Origin: a virus
Lineage: Duplodnaviria > Caudoviricetes
IMG/VR virus record: IMGVR_UViG_3300013383_000002
Span: 32,001-96,000 of that record
Strand: one strand, 5' to 3'
Length of the DNA stretch: 64,000 nt
Shown: piece by piece, positions 41,509-50,582 of the stretch
Layout: each line of letters opens with the position of its first letter
How positions within the stretch are numbered: position 1 is the stretch's first letter
Translations under genes and position numbers: made by a program
The notes under the pieces: model-generated
Databases searched by the model: none
Told to the model about the DNA's origin: nothing
The model's input: the letters and a program-made list of their open reading frames with translations, nothing else

Positions 41509-42564
41509 TTGGAATTAAGTCAAACACAAAAAGAGATTTTAGCTTCACCCGCATCTGTCGTGTTCGTTCAGTCAGCCCCTGCTTCAGGCAAAACAACACT
41601 ACTAATCGAGAAAATCCGACAATCCATTTCGCGCGCGAAGAAGCTGGTCGCTTTTACTTTTACAAATATGGCCGCGGCCGAAATTCGTAGTAGATTGAAC
41701 ATTGAAAATAATGAAGTAATTTGGGTCGGTACTATCCATTCCTATTGCGCTAGATGTTTATTGCGCGCGGGCATTCGAGAAGCGGGAAGATATTTGAGTA
41801 ATGAAAATTTTGATGGTCTTTTTGACCTCGCACGAGCTCACCCAGAAGCATTCCCTAATCTTGACATTTGTCTTCTGGATGAAGCACAGGATAGTAATGA
41901 AGACCAGTTCAACTTTATTTTTTCAATTATCAAAAGTGCGGAATACTTTATTGTCTACGATGAGCGACAATGTATTTATCGATGGAATGGGAGCAGGCCC
42001 GACCTTTTGAAATATTGGGCTAATGAGTTAGATGCTTCTATTTATTCAATGGATGAAAACTATCGTAATGGTAGTGATATTTTAGATTTCGCGCGAAAGA
42101 TTATCAGGAAGAATAAAATGGGCGACTTATCTATTCCGATGCGCGGAGTGCGCGGAAAGGTCGTAGAACTTCCCTTTTCTATCAAGTATCTTATTGATGA
42201 AATTGAATCTACTTCAAATTTTGGCGATTGGATGGTGCTTGCGCGCACAAATGCAGAGGTAGATAATATTTTTGATAAATTGATTGGTGCTGGAATCCCA
42301 TGCGACACTTTCAAGCAGGGTGATTTATCAAAGGATGAGCTAAGTGAAAAGATGAAGGCAAACACTGTAAAGGTTCTTACTGGACATAGTGGAAAAGGTT
42401 TGGAAGCTCGTTTTGTTGCAGTTTATGATGCACGGATGTGGAATGAAGAAGAAGTTTGTATCTCATATGTTATGGCAACTCGCGCGCGAGACCGTCTGAT
42501 TTGGTTTACCAAGCCGCCTGTAAAAAAGAAACCTCGAAGAAATTCTATGGTAGGCTGGGAGTAA
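41509..42564 (+). CDS. compact UvrD/Rep-family (SF1) helicase
   Basis: APASGKTT, FTFTN, DEAQD, Q.IY.W.G, ENYR, KGLE, YVMATRAR. Confidence 0.88.
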   Translation: MELSQTQKEILASPASVVFVQSAPASGKTTLLIEKIRQSISRAKKLVAFTFTNMAAAEIRSRLNIENNEVIWVGTIHSYCARCLLRAGIREAGRYLSNENFDGLFDLARAHPEAFPNLDICLLDEAQDSNEDQFNFIFSIIKSAEYFIVYDERQCIYRWNGSRPDLLKYWANELDASIYSMDENYRNGSDILDFARKIIRKNKMGDLSIPMRGVRGKVVELPFSIKYLIDEIESTSNFGDWMVLARTNAEVDNIFDKLIGAGIPCDTFKQGDLSKDELSEKMKANTVKVLTGHSGKGLEARFVAVYDARMWNEEEVCISYVMATRARDRLIWFTKPPVKKKPRRNSMVGWE

Positions 42565-42567
42565 TAT

Positions 42568-43293
42568 ATGATAACTTTATTTCTTATCTTTTTCTTCCGA
42601 TGGAGAAAACAAAAACAAAGAAACTTAGAACTCCAACAAGAGATAGAACAAAATACTGAAAACGCAGTTCATTGGCTTCAAGGACAATATAAATCTCATT
42701 TAGATAAACTGAATGAATTAGAAAAAGAAGAAGAACGACGTCGCGCCGTTTTAAAAGAAGGACAAAAAGAATTTTCTGACTTTCAAGCAAAAAGAAAGGC
42801 TGTTCATGAAGCAATTCTTCACGAACGCGAGATTGAAGAAAAAGAAGATTTCTATCGCGTTTGTCTTTCAGAAGATGACATTGAAGATATTTCTGAGCTG
42901 AAAAAGTTAGTTCCGAAGCTTCGACATCGTGAGGTTCTTCCAAAGCTAATGTGGGATACAATGGTTTCGCGCGCGACAAAGGAAATGATAAAGAGGGTAA
43001 CGGGTGGTCGTGCGGTTGGTGGCATTTACAAAATCACTTACATTCCAACCGGTGAATCTTACATTGGGAAAACAACTGATTTTGGGACTCGCTGGCAATC
43101 ACACGTCCAAACGGCTCTCGGAATGGATAAAGTTGCTCGTTCAACTCTTCACGTTCATATGGCTTCTCATGGTATTCAGAATTATACTTTTGAAATTTTG
43201 GAAGAAGTCGCGCGTGAGAAACAGACTGAAAGAGAAAAATTTTATATTGAGCTTTATGGAACACAAAAGCAACTGAATATGAGGATTGGGTAA
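42568..43293 (+). CDS. GIY-YIG nuclease with N-terminal hydrophobic anchor and coiled coil
   Basis: GIYKIT...YIGKT....RW.SH in the C-terminal ~90 aa. Confidence 0.75.
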   Translation: MITLFLIFFFRWRKQKQRNLELQQEIEQNTENAVHWLQGQYKSHLDKLNELEKEEERRRAVLKEGQKEFSDFQAKRKAVHEAILHEREIEEKEDFYRVCLSEDDIEDISELKKLVPKLRHREVLPKLMWDTMVSRATKEMIKRVTGGRAVGGIYKITYIPTGESYIGKTTDFGTRWQSHVQTALGMDKVARSTLHVHMASHGIQNYTFEILEEVAREKQTEREKFYIELYGTQKQLNMRIG

Positions 43294-43295
43294 AT

Positions 43296-43523
43296 ATGAG
43301 TAACGAATATAAAGATTATTATATGGAGGTAAACAAAATGAATGAACGTATTATCCAGCAGTTAAAGCACAGTGAGGCTATTGTTACATTAGAAGAGCTT
43401 GAGCAGTTTCTTCCTGAAGTTGAGAGACAACAGATTGCTAGTCTAATTGTAAATCAGCTAGACAAGGATTATTTCGTAATTGACGTTGACCCGCGAACTA
43501 GAATGAGGTGGCAAGCCGAGTGA
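43296..43523 (+). CDS. hypothetical protein (start may be 43338)
   Basis: GGAGG precedes ATG 43338. Confidence 0.55.
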   Translation: MSNEYKDYYMEVNKMNERIIQQLKHSEAIVTLEELEQFLPEVERQQIASLIVNQLDKDYFVIDVDPRTRMRWQAE

Positions 43524-43750
43524 AGAAGATAATTTGTGATCTTTGTAAAAGTGAGGTAAAGGAAGAAAAAAACCTTTGGTACGTTCAATTTCCTGCCATT
43601 CAGAAGGAAAACGTTTATGCGAATGGGAAAAAAGTTGGTAATTTTGGAAGCTATCTTGGATATAAGATACTAGAAATCTGTCCAAATTGCGCCTATGAAG
43701 TTGCCAATAGTTTAAAGCCCATAGCTAAAGAGATTGGGATAGAAATTTGA
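43508..43750 (+). CDS. hypothetical Zn-ribbon protein
   Basis: CDLC...CPNC. Confidence 0.6.
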   Translation: MASRVKKIICDLCKSEVKEEKNLWYVQFPAIQKENVYANGKKVGNFGSYLGYKILEICPNCAYEVANSLKPIAKEIGIEI

Positions 43751-43802
43751 TTTCTATCCCTTTTTCGTATATAATAAAAGAAAAAGAAAAGGAGCTTTTA
43801 TA

Positions 43803-44906
43803 ATGCTTGGATACATTGATGGGTATAATTTCAAAGAGATGAACCCAATGAAGTATTGGGCCGCGCCATCTTCTTGGGACACAGAAAAAAAGAAGACTAC
43901 TCTTATCAATAGAATTTACAGCGGTGAATGGTGCGCCTCTGAAAAGAAAGATGGGTACTTTTCAAAGTTTGTAAAGGATGAGGATGGAAATATTCTTCTT
44001 TATAGTAGAAGTCGAAATGTGAAAGGCGAATATCCAGAAAAGCATGAATGGGTTCCTCAACTTCAGTCTTTCTTTGAAGCACTTCCAAATGGAACTTGTA
44101 TCCTCGGCGAGCTATATCTCCCTTCAAAGCCGGGTTCTTCTAATATTACTACTCTTTTAGGTTGTCTAAAAGAGAAGTGCATCGCGCGCCAGGAAAAAGG
44201 GGAAAAACTTCACTTCTATGCTTTTGATATTCTGGCCTATGATGGTGTTAGCTATATGAAGAAGCCCGCCGATGAGCGTTTCTCCAAAATTGAAGAACTA
44301 GGAAAAAATTACACAAGTGACTTTGTTTCTTTTGCCACCTATTATCATGGGGAGGAGCTTTGGAATAAACTCCAAGAAATCTTGGCAAATGGCGGCGAAG
44401 GAATGGTCATTATTCGTGATGGTTCTTTATATCAGCCAGATAAGCGCCCCAGTAAAGACACTCAAAAAGCCAAAAAAGAACTTCAGGAAACTCTTGACGT
44501 CTTTATCTATGGCGCGAACCCTCCAACTCGTCTTTATTCCGGAAAGGAGATTGAAAGTTGGCAGTATTGGCAGAATACTATTACCAATGAATTCCTTTGC
44601 GGCGACCACTATAAGGAATACTTTGATGGTGATACAATTGAGCCTGTTACAAAAATGTATTATATGCGTGGTGCGGGTAGCCTAAAAATTGGCGCGTATA
44701 AGGACGGAAAGCCGGTTCAGATTGGGAGTCTTAGTGGACTTGATGATGAAATTTTACTCCATTGGAAGGATTATATTGGAAAGGTAGCAGAAGTTACTTG
44801 TATGGAAATCATGCCCACTGGTGGCCTAAGGCATCCTCGTTTTCTATCTTTCCGCGAAGATAAAACTCCGCGCGACTGTCAGTGGGAGACAATTTTCGGA
44901 GGATAA
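43803..44906 (+). CDS. ATP-dependent DNA ligase
   Basis: EKKDG (adenylation Lys), GEL, FDIL, EGMV, LRHPRF..FREDK. Confidence 0.92.
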   Translation: MLGYIDGYNFKEMNPMKYWAAPSSWDTEKKKTTLINRIYSGEWCASEKKDGYFSKFVKDEDGNILLYSRSRNVKGEYPEKHEWVPQLQSFFEALPNGTCILGELYLPSKPGSSNITTLLGCLKEKCIARQEKGEKLHFYAFDILAYDGVSYMKKPADERFSKIEELGKNYTSDFVSFATYYHGEELWNKLQEILANGGEGMVIIRDGSLYQPDKRPSKDTQKAKKELQETLDVFIYGANPPTRLYSGKEIESWQYWQNTITNEFLCGDHYKEYFDGDTIEPVTKMYYMRGAGSLKIGAYKDGKPVQIGSLSGLDDEILLHWKDYIGKVAEVTCMEIMPTGGLRHPRFLSFREDKTPRDCQWETIFGG

Positions 44907-45755
44907 ATGAGTAGAAAAGCTATAGATGAAACAGGAAAACGGTATAATCATTTGACTGTAATAAGAGAAGCCACCGAAGAAGAATTTGAACGAGGAGGCG
45001 GAAAAGGTAGAAAATGGCTTTGTCGTTGTGATTGCGGAGCTTTGACTTTTGCTGATGGAAGAGAGCTTCGCAATGGAAGACGAATATCTTGTGGGTGCGT
45101 CGGGAGAGAAAAGGCTAAGGAATTAGCAAGGAAGTTGGGACTTAATCGTCGGCTAGAACTTACTGGGAAAAAATTTGGAATGTTGACTGTAATTGAATTA
45201 GACCCCGAATGGGATAGGCAAGTAAAACAAACCCCTATTTGGATATGTAAATGCGATTGTGGTAGTATTTCAAAGGTTCGGTCGGGTAATTTAGTAAGTG
45301 GACACGCAACTTCTTGTGGATGCCGAAGAGGTTTGATGGCAGGTTCTTCTGGGGAGCAAAAAATCGTTGAAATATTGAATAAAGGTAAAATTATTTTTGA
45401 AAGAGAAAAAACTTTTTCGGATTTGAAAGGCTTTGGCACAGTAAAACTTCGATACGATTTTTATTTGCCTGATTATAATGGAAAAGAAGTTTTGATAGAA
45501 TTTCAGGGGATAGAACATTATAAACGAACTGCTTATTTCCAAAAAGAAGAAGCTGATTTTAAAAGAAGACAAATTTACGATGAAAAGAAGATAAGTTATA
45601 GTTTAGCTAATAAAATATCTTTATACTGTATTCCTTATTGGGTTCAGAATGACTTGAATGAAGTAAATGATTTATTTCGAGAGGATTTTTTGGCGAAGAC
45701 GAAGGACCATAATTATACTGCTTATAGATTATTTTTACAGCAAAAACAAAAATAA
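44907..45755 (+). CDS. free-standing homing-endonuclease-like protein, paralog of 36076..36993
   Basis: Two CxCDCG...SCGC repeats; YDF...IEFQG.EH. Confidence 0.75.
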   Translation: MSRKAIDETGKRYNHLTVIREATEEEFERGGGKGRKWLCRCDCGALTFADGRELRNGRRISCGCVGREKAKELARKLGLNRRLELTGKKFGMLTVIELDPEWDRQVKQTPIWICKCDCGSISKVRSGNLVSGHATSCGCRRGLMAGSSGEQKIVEILNKGKIIFEREKTFSDLKGFGTVKLRYDFYLPDYNGKEVLIEFQGIEHYKRTAYFQKEEADFKRRQIYDEKKISYSLANKISLYCIPYWVQNDLNEVNDLFREDFLAKTKDHNYTAYRLFLQQKQK

Positions 45756-45848
45756 TGACGACGTTTATCGAGAATATCGCAAAAGAATGAAGGAAGCTAA
45801 GTGACTCTCGACTTCTCTTCGGGAAGAAGCAAGCGGGAGGAGTTCCAA

Positions 45849-46307
45849 TTGAATTTTTCTAGTATTGCCAGCGCGGTTGGCGGGTTCCTCGTTCTAGTTT
45901 ATTTGGTATGGCAAGTTGTTGTAAAATTCTGCGGAGATAAGGAATGGTTCAATAAGCGCCGTAGAGAGCGTCAAAAACAGAAGGAAGAAGAAGAAAAGAA
46001 ACAGCTCAAAGAAACCATAAAAGAGGTTATTGAGCCAATACTTTCAGAGATCAAAGAGAGAGACAGTGAACAAGATAAAAAGCTGACTTGTCTCATTCAT
46101 TCTTCCAATGATATGATGCGCGCGGAAATAGTAAAAATTTATTATCGTTATCTTCCATATAAGAAAATGTTACAATATAGTCGTGAACTTTTGAATAAGC
46201 TATTCCATGACTATCATGACCAAGGTGGTAATAGTTTCATTGAAGATATGTATAATGAAATGAAAACTTGGCCCGTAGTCAATACAGAGAAGGATTTACG
46301 AGGATAA
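45849..46307 (+). CDS. membrane protein (one TM plus coiled coil), holin-like
   Basis: GGAGG then TTG 45849; N-terminal hydrophobic helix. Confidence 0.55.
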   Translation: MNFSSIASAVGGFLVLVYLVWQVVVKFCGDKEWFNKRRRERQKQKEEEEKKQLKETIKEVIEPILSEIKERDSEQDKKLTCLIHSSNDMMRAEIVKIYYRYLPYKKMLQYSRELLNKLFHDYHDQGGNSFIEDMYNEMKTWPVVNTEKDLRG

Positions 46308-46310
46308 ACA

Positions 46311-46342
46311 GAAAAGGACACATCGAAAGACGTGTCCTTTTC
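46311..46342. terminator. bidirectional terminator
   Basis: GAAAAGGACAC ... GTGTCCTTTTC between convergent genes. Confidence 0.75.
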
Positions 46343-46345
46343 TAT

Positions 46346-46630
46346 TTACTTACCTTTTACGCGCTCGATAATTTCAGCTACCGCACTGGAACCGGACATT
46401 AGAACTAGGCCAGTTATAATTTTGCCAGCAATAGTCGTCGCTTCAACAAGACCACACGCGAGAATAAGGTCAAGATTGAAAGAGAAGACAAGAGCAAAAG
46501 CAAATATTGCGGAAACACCAATAGTAATCCATTTGCTGAAAGAGAATTTGCCCCAAATTTCGTCTTTTCCTCTTTGAATCAAATACCACATAACACTAGA
46601 AAGCGCAATAATAAGTGTTAAAACATTCAT
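46346..46630 (-). CDS. small 3-TM membrane protein, holin-like
   Basis: GGAGG RBS; three hydrophobic segments. Confidence 0.6.
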   Translation of the reverse strand: MNVLTLIIALSSVMWYLIQRGKDEIWGKFSFSKWITIGVSAIFAFALVFSFNLDLILACGLVEATTIAGKIITGLVLMSGSSAVAEIIERVKGK

Positions 46631-46631
46631 T

Positions 46632-47266
46632 TTATTTTCCTCCATTTTTCCAAGTATATCCACCAGCCGTTAGACGTTTTCCACGGCAGACTTCGCTAAT
46701 ATGATTATACCAAATCCCAGTAGCTAATTGTGCGTCTTTATATGAAGTATATGAAGCTATAAAATTTCCTTGTAAGTCATACTGCTCTACAATATGCTTT
46801 TGTTTTGCAGTGCGAATAGCATAGCCTCTTTTCTTAATATCTTCTTCTGAAAGTTTTAATTCTTGTTTTATATAAAAAGAAATTGTTTCTATAGTTGAAT
46901 TGGTTAATTTTCGAATATCTCTAATACAATATCCGTTTTGATATAAATCAATTATAGTTGAAATTTCTTTTTGGGTTAGGAAGCGAGTTCCTTCGCCGCC
47001 TCTAGTTGAATTATAACCTTCTTCATAAGAATTATAAAAATCAATCCAATAAATTTCTCGTTCATTGATAATATCATTAGAACATTCTTCAATTGATTCA
47101 ATAGAAAATTTTTTACTCCATATTTTCTAAAGGCCCGATAGATTTTGAAATCTTTATCTTCAATACTAGTAAGATGTTCTTTCCATCGTTCTTCAATAGT
47201 TCTGGTTGTTTTTCCAATGTAAACTTTATCATTTATAGTATTTGTAATTTTATAAATAAATCCCAT
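46632..47266 (-). pseudogene. GIY-YIG/NUMOD1 homing endonuclease with one frameshift
   Basis: GFIYKITN...YIGKT; one T missing at ~47105 (NF|SIE); the downstream frame gives EREIYWI..YNS...GYN and QYDLQGNFI...TAGGYTW. Confidence 0.8.
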
Positions 47267-47290
47267 AAGTCCTCCACCTTATAATAAATG

Positions 47291-47350
47291 ATGACGCTTA
47301 TCCTGGAGGGGATATTGCTCCATAAGTAGCTAATTTATGGCTCCCGTCAT
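47291..47350 (-). promoter_or_regulatory. candidate cis-regulatory structured RNA upstream of the GIY-YIG gene
   Basis: ATGACG/CGTCAT encloses CCATAA/TTATGG and TATCC/GGATA hairpins; loop CCTCCA is complementary to the SD TGGAGG. Confidence 0.5.
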
Positions 47351-47452
47351 ATTTCTAAAGAAAAGAGGTCTCACATATTCCATAATCTATAAATTTGAAA
47401 CTTCCTGAAATTTCTGATATAATATTTATAGAAAATGAAGGAGGCAGAAAGA

Positions 47453-47743
47453 ATGGCTCGTGTAACACAAGAGGATATAATTCATATCAATGATGTTTAT
47501 TATAAGTGTCGAACTTATGCAGAAACTGCGCGGCAGACTGGTTTTTCTGCCTCTACAGTAAAGAAGTATGTTATTTCAGGTTATGAGCCAGCAGAGACAG
47601 TCAAAGTAGAAAAATTTGATAGACCTTTGCCTAAGTTTGACCCAATGATTTTTGTTCAAAAAGAGGATTGGGCTTCATTCTGTGAATATACGGTAGAAGA
47701 GGCCGCGCGCATTGAAGAGCTTTGGAAGGAGATGGCGTTATAA
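47453..47743 (+). CDS. HTH-containing hypothetical protein
   Basis: TYAETARQTGFSASTVKKY; promoter at 47395-47423. Confidence 0.7.
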   Translation: MARVTQEDIIHINDVYYKCRTYAETARQTGFSASTVKKYVISGYEPAETVKVEKFDRPLPKFDPMIFVQKEDWASFCEYTVEEAARIEELWKEMAL

Positions 47744-48114
47744 TGGAGAAGTATTTTTATCTTGAGGAAAGTCCCTATCTTCCTACTTACTGTATGCTTT
47801 ATACCAATATTGAGAAGATGCCTTTTCCAAATGGAATTAGAGGCTCTTATTCAATGATGGCTGCGCGGGTTCTTGGATTAGATTATGCAGACTTCTTGAG
47901 GTTCGCGCGTGACGTCCTCGAAGCAAAGATTATGGGCAAAGGTGAATGCTATCCTCGCGCATATTTTAGAAAAACTCCTGAAGTCCTTCAGATGATAAAG
48001 CTATTGAATAAGCGAATGGAATTGATTATGGATATGCGCGCGAAGCCATATAATTTAGAAAAAAGAATTGATGGGTCAATCATAAAGGAGAATTTTGATG
48101 TATCTAACAGCTGA
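47743..48114 (+). CDS. hypothetical protein
   Basis: Coupled TAATG start. Confidence 0.7.
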   Translation: MEKYFYLEESPYLPTYCMLYTNIEKMPFPNGIRGSYSMMAARVLGLDYADFLRFARDVLEAKIMGKGECYPRAYFRKTPEVLQMIKLLNKRMELIMDMRAKPYNLEKRIDGSIIKENFDVSNS

Positions 48115-49006
48115 GTTGCTACGGAAATGTGGCGCAGAGAAAATTCAAGAATTTGTTGGAAGATTTCCAAATGGTGTTGAAGCGCTAGACTTTCTTGAAG
48201 AAATTGGCCCTGAAGCAATTGCTGGTAACTATAGTCCATGGCTTGAGGCATTATACTGGGGTTACCGAATGCTGCCCTGGACCACCAAAGAAAAAGAGAA
48301 ATACTGTGAAGTTTTGAATATTGATAGTTCTTCTAGCGTCTATGAAAGTTATGATGTAGAAGAAAGTGAAAAAGTTATTCATTCTGATCACATTTATCTG
48401 AGCGGAAACATTGACAACTGTAGTAATATTAGAAATAGTAATTACGTTGCTTCTAGTGCTACAGTTGAAGGAAGTGACGGCGTCCTAAAGTCAGAATATA
48501 TTGTGAATAGTAGTCTAATTGATACTGGAATGGACATTCAAAGTTCAAAAGAAATTTATAAAGCATCGCATGTGAAGAAAAGTCAGAAGTGCGCGCGAGT
48601 TGATAGTATTGAGAATTGCGTCGGAATTTTCAGTTCTTCTGGATGTGAAGAAGTCTATTACTCTTCTTTTATGAAGAATTGTCATCATTGCCTTTTCTGT
48701 GATGATATTGAGGATGCTTCTTTTAGAATCTTCAACCAACCAGTGCCTGAGAAGGATTTCTTCGTAATTCTTTCGATGGTTGAAAGCTATTTTGATAACA
48801 AGCTTGAACCTTTGATTGAAACCATAGTAAATGACGAATTTTATTTTGGCCTTGATTGGCATGTTTCGACGCACTTTACAAAGATTTATAGGAGCCTGTC
48901 GCAGGAGGTCTTCAATCAACTTTATAGACTACCTGGTTATAATGACTGGCTGATGTATCAGATTACATTGAATACTCGAAGTTTTCGAGATTTGAAAAAT
49001 AGCTAA
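48095..49006 (+). CDS. hypothetical protein with short Ser/Cys hexapeptide-like repeats
   Basis: 303 aa; repetitive S..V..S central region. Confidence 0.7.
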   Translation: MMYLTAELLRKCGAEKIQEFVGRFPNGVEALDFLEEIGPEAIAGNYSPWLEALYWGYRMLPWTTKEKEKYCEVLNIDSSSSVYESYDVEESEKVIHSDHIYLSGNIDNCSNIRNSNYVASSATVEGSDGVLKSEYIVNSSLIDTGMDIQSSKEIYKASHVKKSQKCARVDSIENCVGIFSSSGCEEVYYSSFMKNCHHCLFCDDIEDASFRIFNQPVPEKDFFVILSMVESYFDNKLEPLIETIVNDEFYFGLDWHVSTHFTKIYRSLSQEVFNQLYRLPGYNDWLMYQITLNTRSFRDLKNS

Positions 49007-49054
49007 ATTTCGAGTATAATATTTATACAAAATGGTTGAGGAAAGGAAAAAGAA

Positions 49055-49189
49055 ATGACTTATCATTGGAAGGCAGAAGTAGCAATTCTTGAAAATCGCA
49101 TCCATCTTCTTGAACAGCGCGGAGATAATGCATCAATTCTCGCAAAGCTCAAGCGAAGACTTAGAAAGCTATTATCTAGCTCTTATTGA
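49055..49189 (+). CDS. small basic protein (44 aa)
   Basis: Promoter 48991-49020; MTYHWKAEVAILENRIHLLEQRG...LKRRLRKL. Confidence 0.5.
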   Translation: MTYHWKAEVAILENRIHLLEQRGDNASILAKLKRRLRKLLSSSY

Positions 49190-49360
49190 GCTATTTGGCG
49201 CACGACGGAAACTTACCGTGAATGTCCGAAGTGGCCTCAGTTGGGAAGGCTTACCAGCTTTATAAAAACCGAGCAATCAAGACAAAGTGCTAGCCATACT
49301 TTGAGGAAGCAAATAGGTGGGCGGGAACCGGCTCTCCCGTGGCTAGAAACCGAGATAGAC

Positions 49361-49435
49361 GCAAGTATCGTATAATGGCTAGTATAGTAGCCCTCCAAGC
49401 TATGGGTGCGGGTTCGATTCCCGCTACTTGCTCCA
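49361..49435 (+). tRNA. tRNA-Gly(TCC)
   Basis: Cloverleaf with GCAAGTA/TACTTGC, T-loop TTCGATT, encoded CCA; C at position 33. Confidence 0.88.
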
Positions 49436-49840
49436 GGCGATGAAGTGGTTCTGTCACCAGTAGGAACCATGGAGCCTCTTCCAAGGTTTTGCGGTTACGT
49501 TCATAAGAACGGGAAAAATCCGTCTGGTTCTATCGAAAAACCGTTAGGAAAAAAGGTTATGGCCGTCCCGATATTTCGAGGCGAGTGCGCACGAAGCCGT
49601 TACCTTTTAAGTGGGCCATTGCTTCGTCTCTCAACGAAGTGGGTTATGAAAATCCTAGCATTGGCTAGGTGGACTAGGCGCGAGACGTTTAGCCCAAGCG
49701 ATGATACTATGTCACCGGGGCAATATCGGCGGTGTAGTGGAGCTTTTGTCGAGGGTTTGTAGATTTCCCACAGATTGCCTAGGGGCTACCTTGTAGGAGA
49801 CTGCCGAAAGAAAATCTACTATTGATTATCCTGCGCGCCT
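49436..49840 (+). ncRNA. compact OLE-like RNA
   Basis: Ordered motifs matching my recall of the OLE consensus (ACCGTTAGGA, TTAAGTG.GCCATTGC, GGGTTA..AAAATCCTA, GTGGACTAG, ACTATGT, GTGTAG, TTTTGT.GA, ATTGCCT.GG, GAGACT, CTA.TAT.GATTA), plus many paired stems. Confidence 0.65.
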
Positions 49841-50016
49841 CTGTTTTTCGCATAATAAGCGCCTCAGCAGGCTTTTGGAAAAAGTAAGGTCCTTCTTTTA
49901 TAGGAATTTGACTGATAGTTTGGTCACTGGAGGTCTATTCTGATTTTGGCTGAAATGCGAATAGTTCGCGCGGACTTCTTCGCTGACCACTTAGTGGTTC
50001 GCGCGAACGTTTATAT

Positions 50017-50110
50017 GCTCCCATAGTGTAATGGCAACACACCCGGCTTATACCCGGCATTGGCTCCAGATTAGAGCACGTTCTTGGTTCGAGTCCAAGT
50101 GGGAGTACCA
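50017..50110 (+). tRNA. tRNA-Ile(TAT) with long variable arm
   Basis: GCTCCCA/TGGGAGT acceptor, loop CTTATAC, T-arm CTTGG-TTCGAGT-CCAAG, CCA. Confidence 0.85.
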
Positions 50111-50114
50111 TGGC

Positions 50115-50307
50115 GCCCAACCGCCAATAAGAGTTGGTTATAACCGTGTCTTACGCGCAAACTAGATACGGCTCCCACTGGGAGTAAGGTGATTGCGCGA
50201 CGGTCCCGCTCCGTCAAAGTTAGCGTGAAGGGCGACGGCAGTCCAGAATAGTGAAGCGAGGTTCGATTCCTCAAACTGAACTGGTTCGACTCCAGCAGTG
50301 CGTGGGC
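50115..50307 (+). ncRNA. pseudoknotted RNA with two tandem T-arm-like hairpins
   Basis: GCCCA/TGGGC closure; GAGG-TTCGATT-CCTC and CTGG-TTCGACT-CCAG; loop CGCGCAA pairs with TTGCGCG. Confidence 0.5.
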
Positions 50308-50323
50308 AAAACTATTCACGATA

Positions 50324-50394
50324 TCCTCTATTGGTGTAATGGTAGCACACTCCCCGTCAAGGGAGAAGAGCGGGTTCGAGACCGTGCGGAGGAC
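50324..50394 (+). tRNA. degenerate tRNA-Asp(GTC)
   Basis: Normal D-arm; CTCCC/GGGAG stem with a 6-nt loop CGTCAA; imperfect acceptor and T stems; no CCA. Confidence 0.55.
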
Positions 50395-50582
50395 GGCTTG
50401 ACACAGTCGGAGTGTTATCTCTGGTATACAGATTAGCGTATACAAAGCAATCATCTTCAAAGGCTCTAGATTGTGAGGAGAAACAGCCCCTTGGGTTCTC
50501 CACTACATACATCCCCAGCGGTTGTTATGCTGAGACCGATGGCGCGACGGTCGTTTATAATATCGCGCCACTTGTCTAAAAT

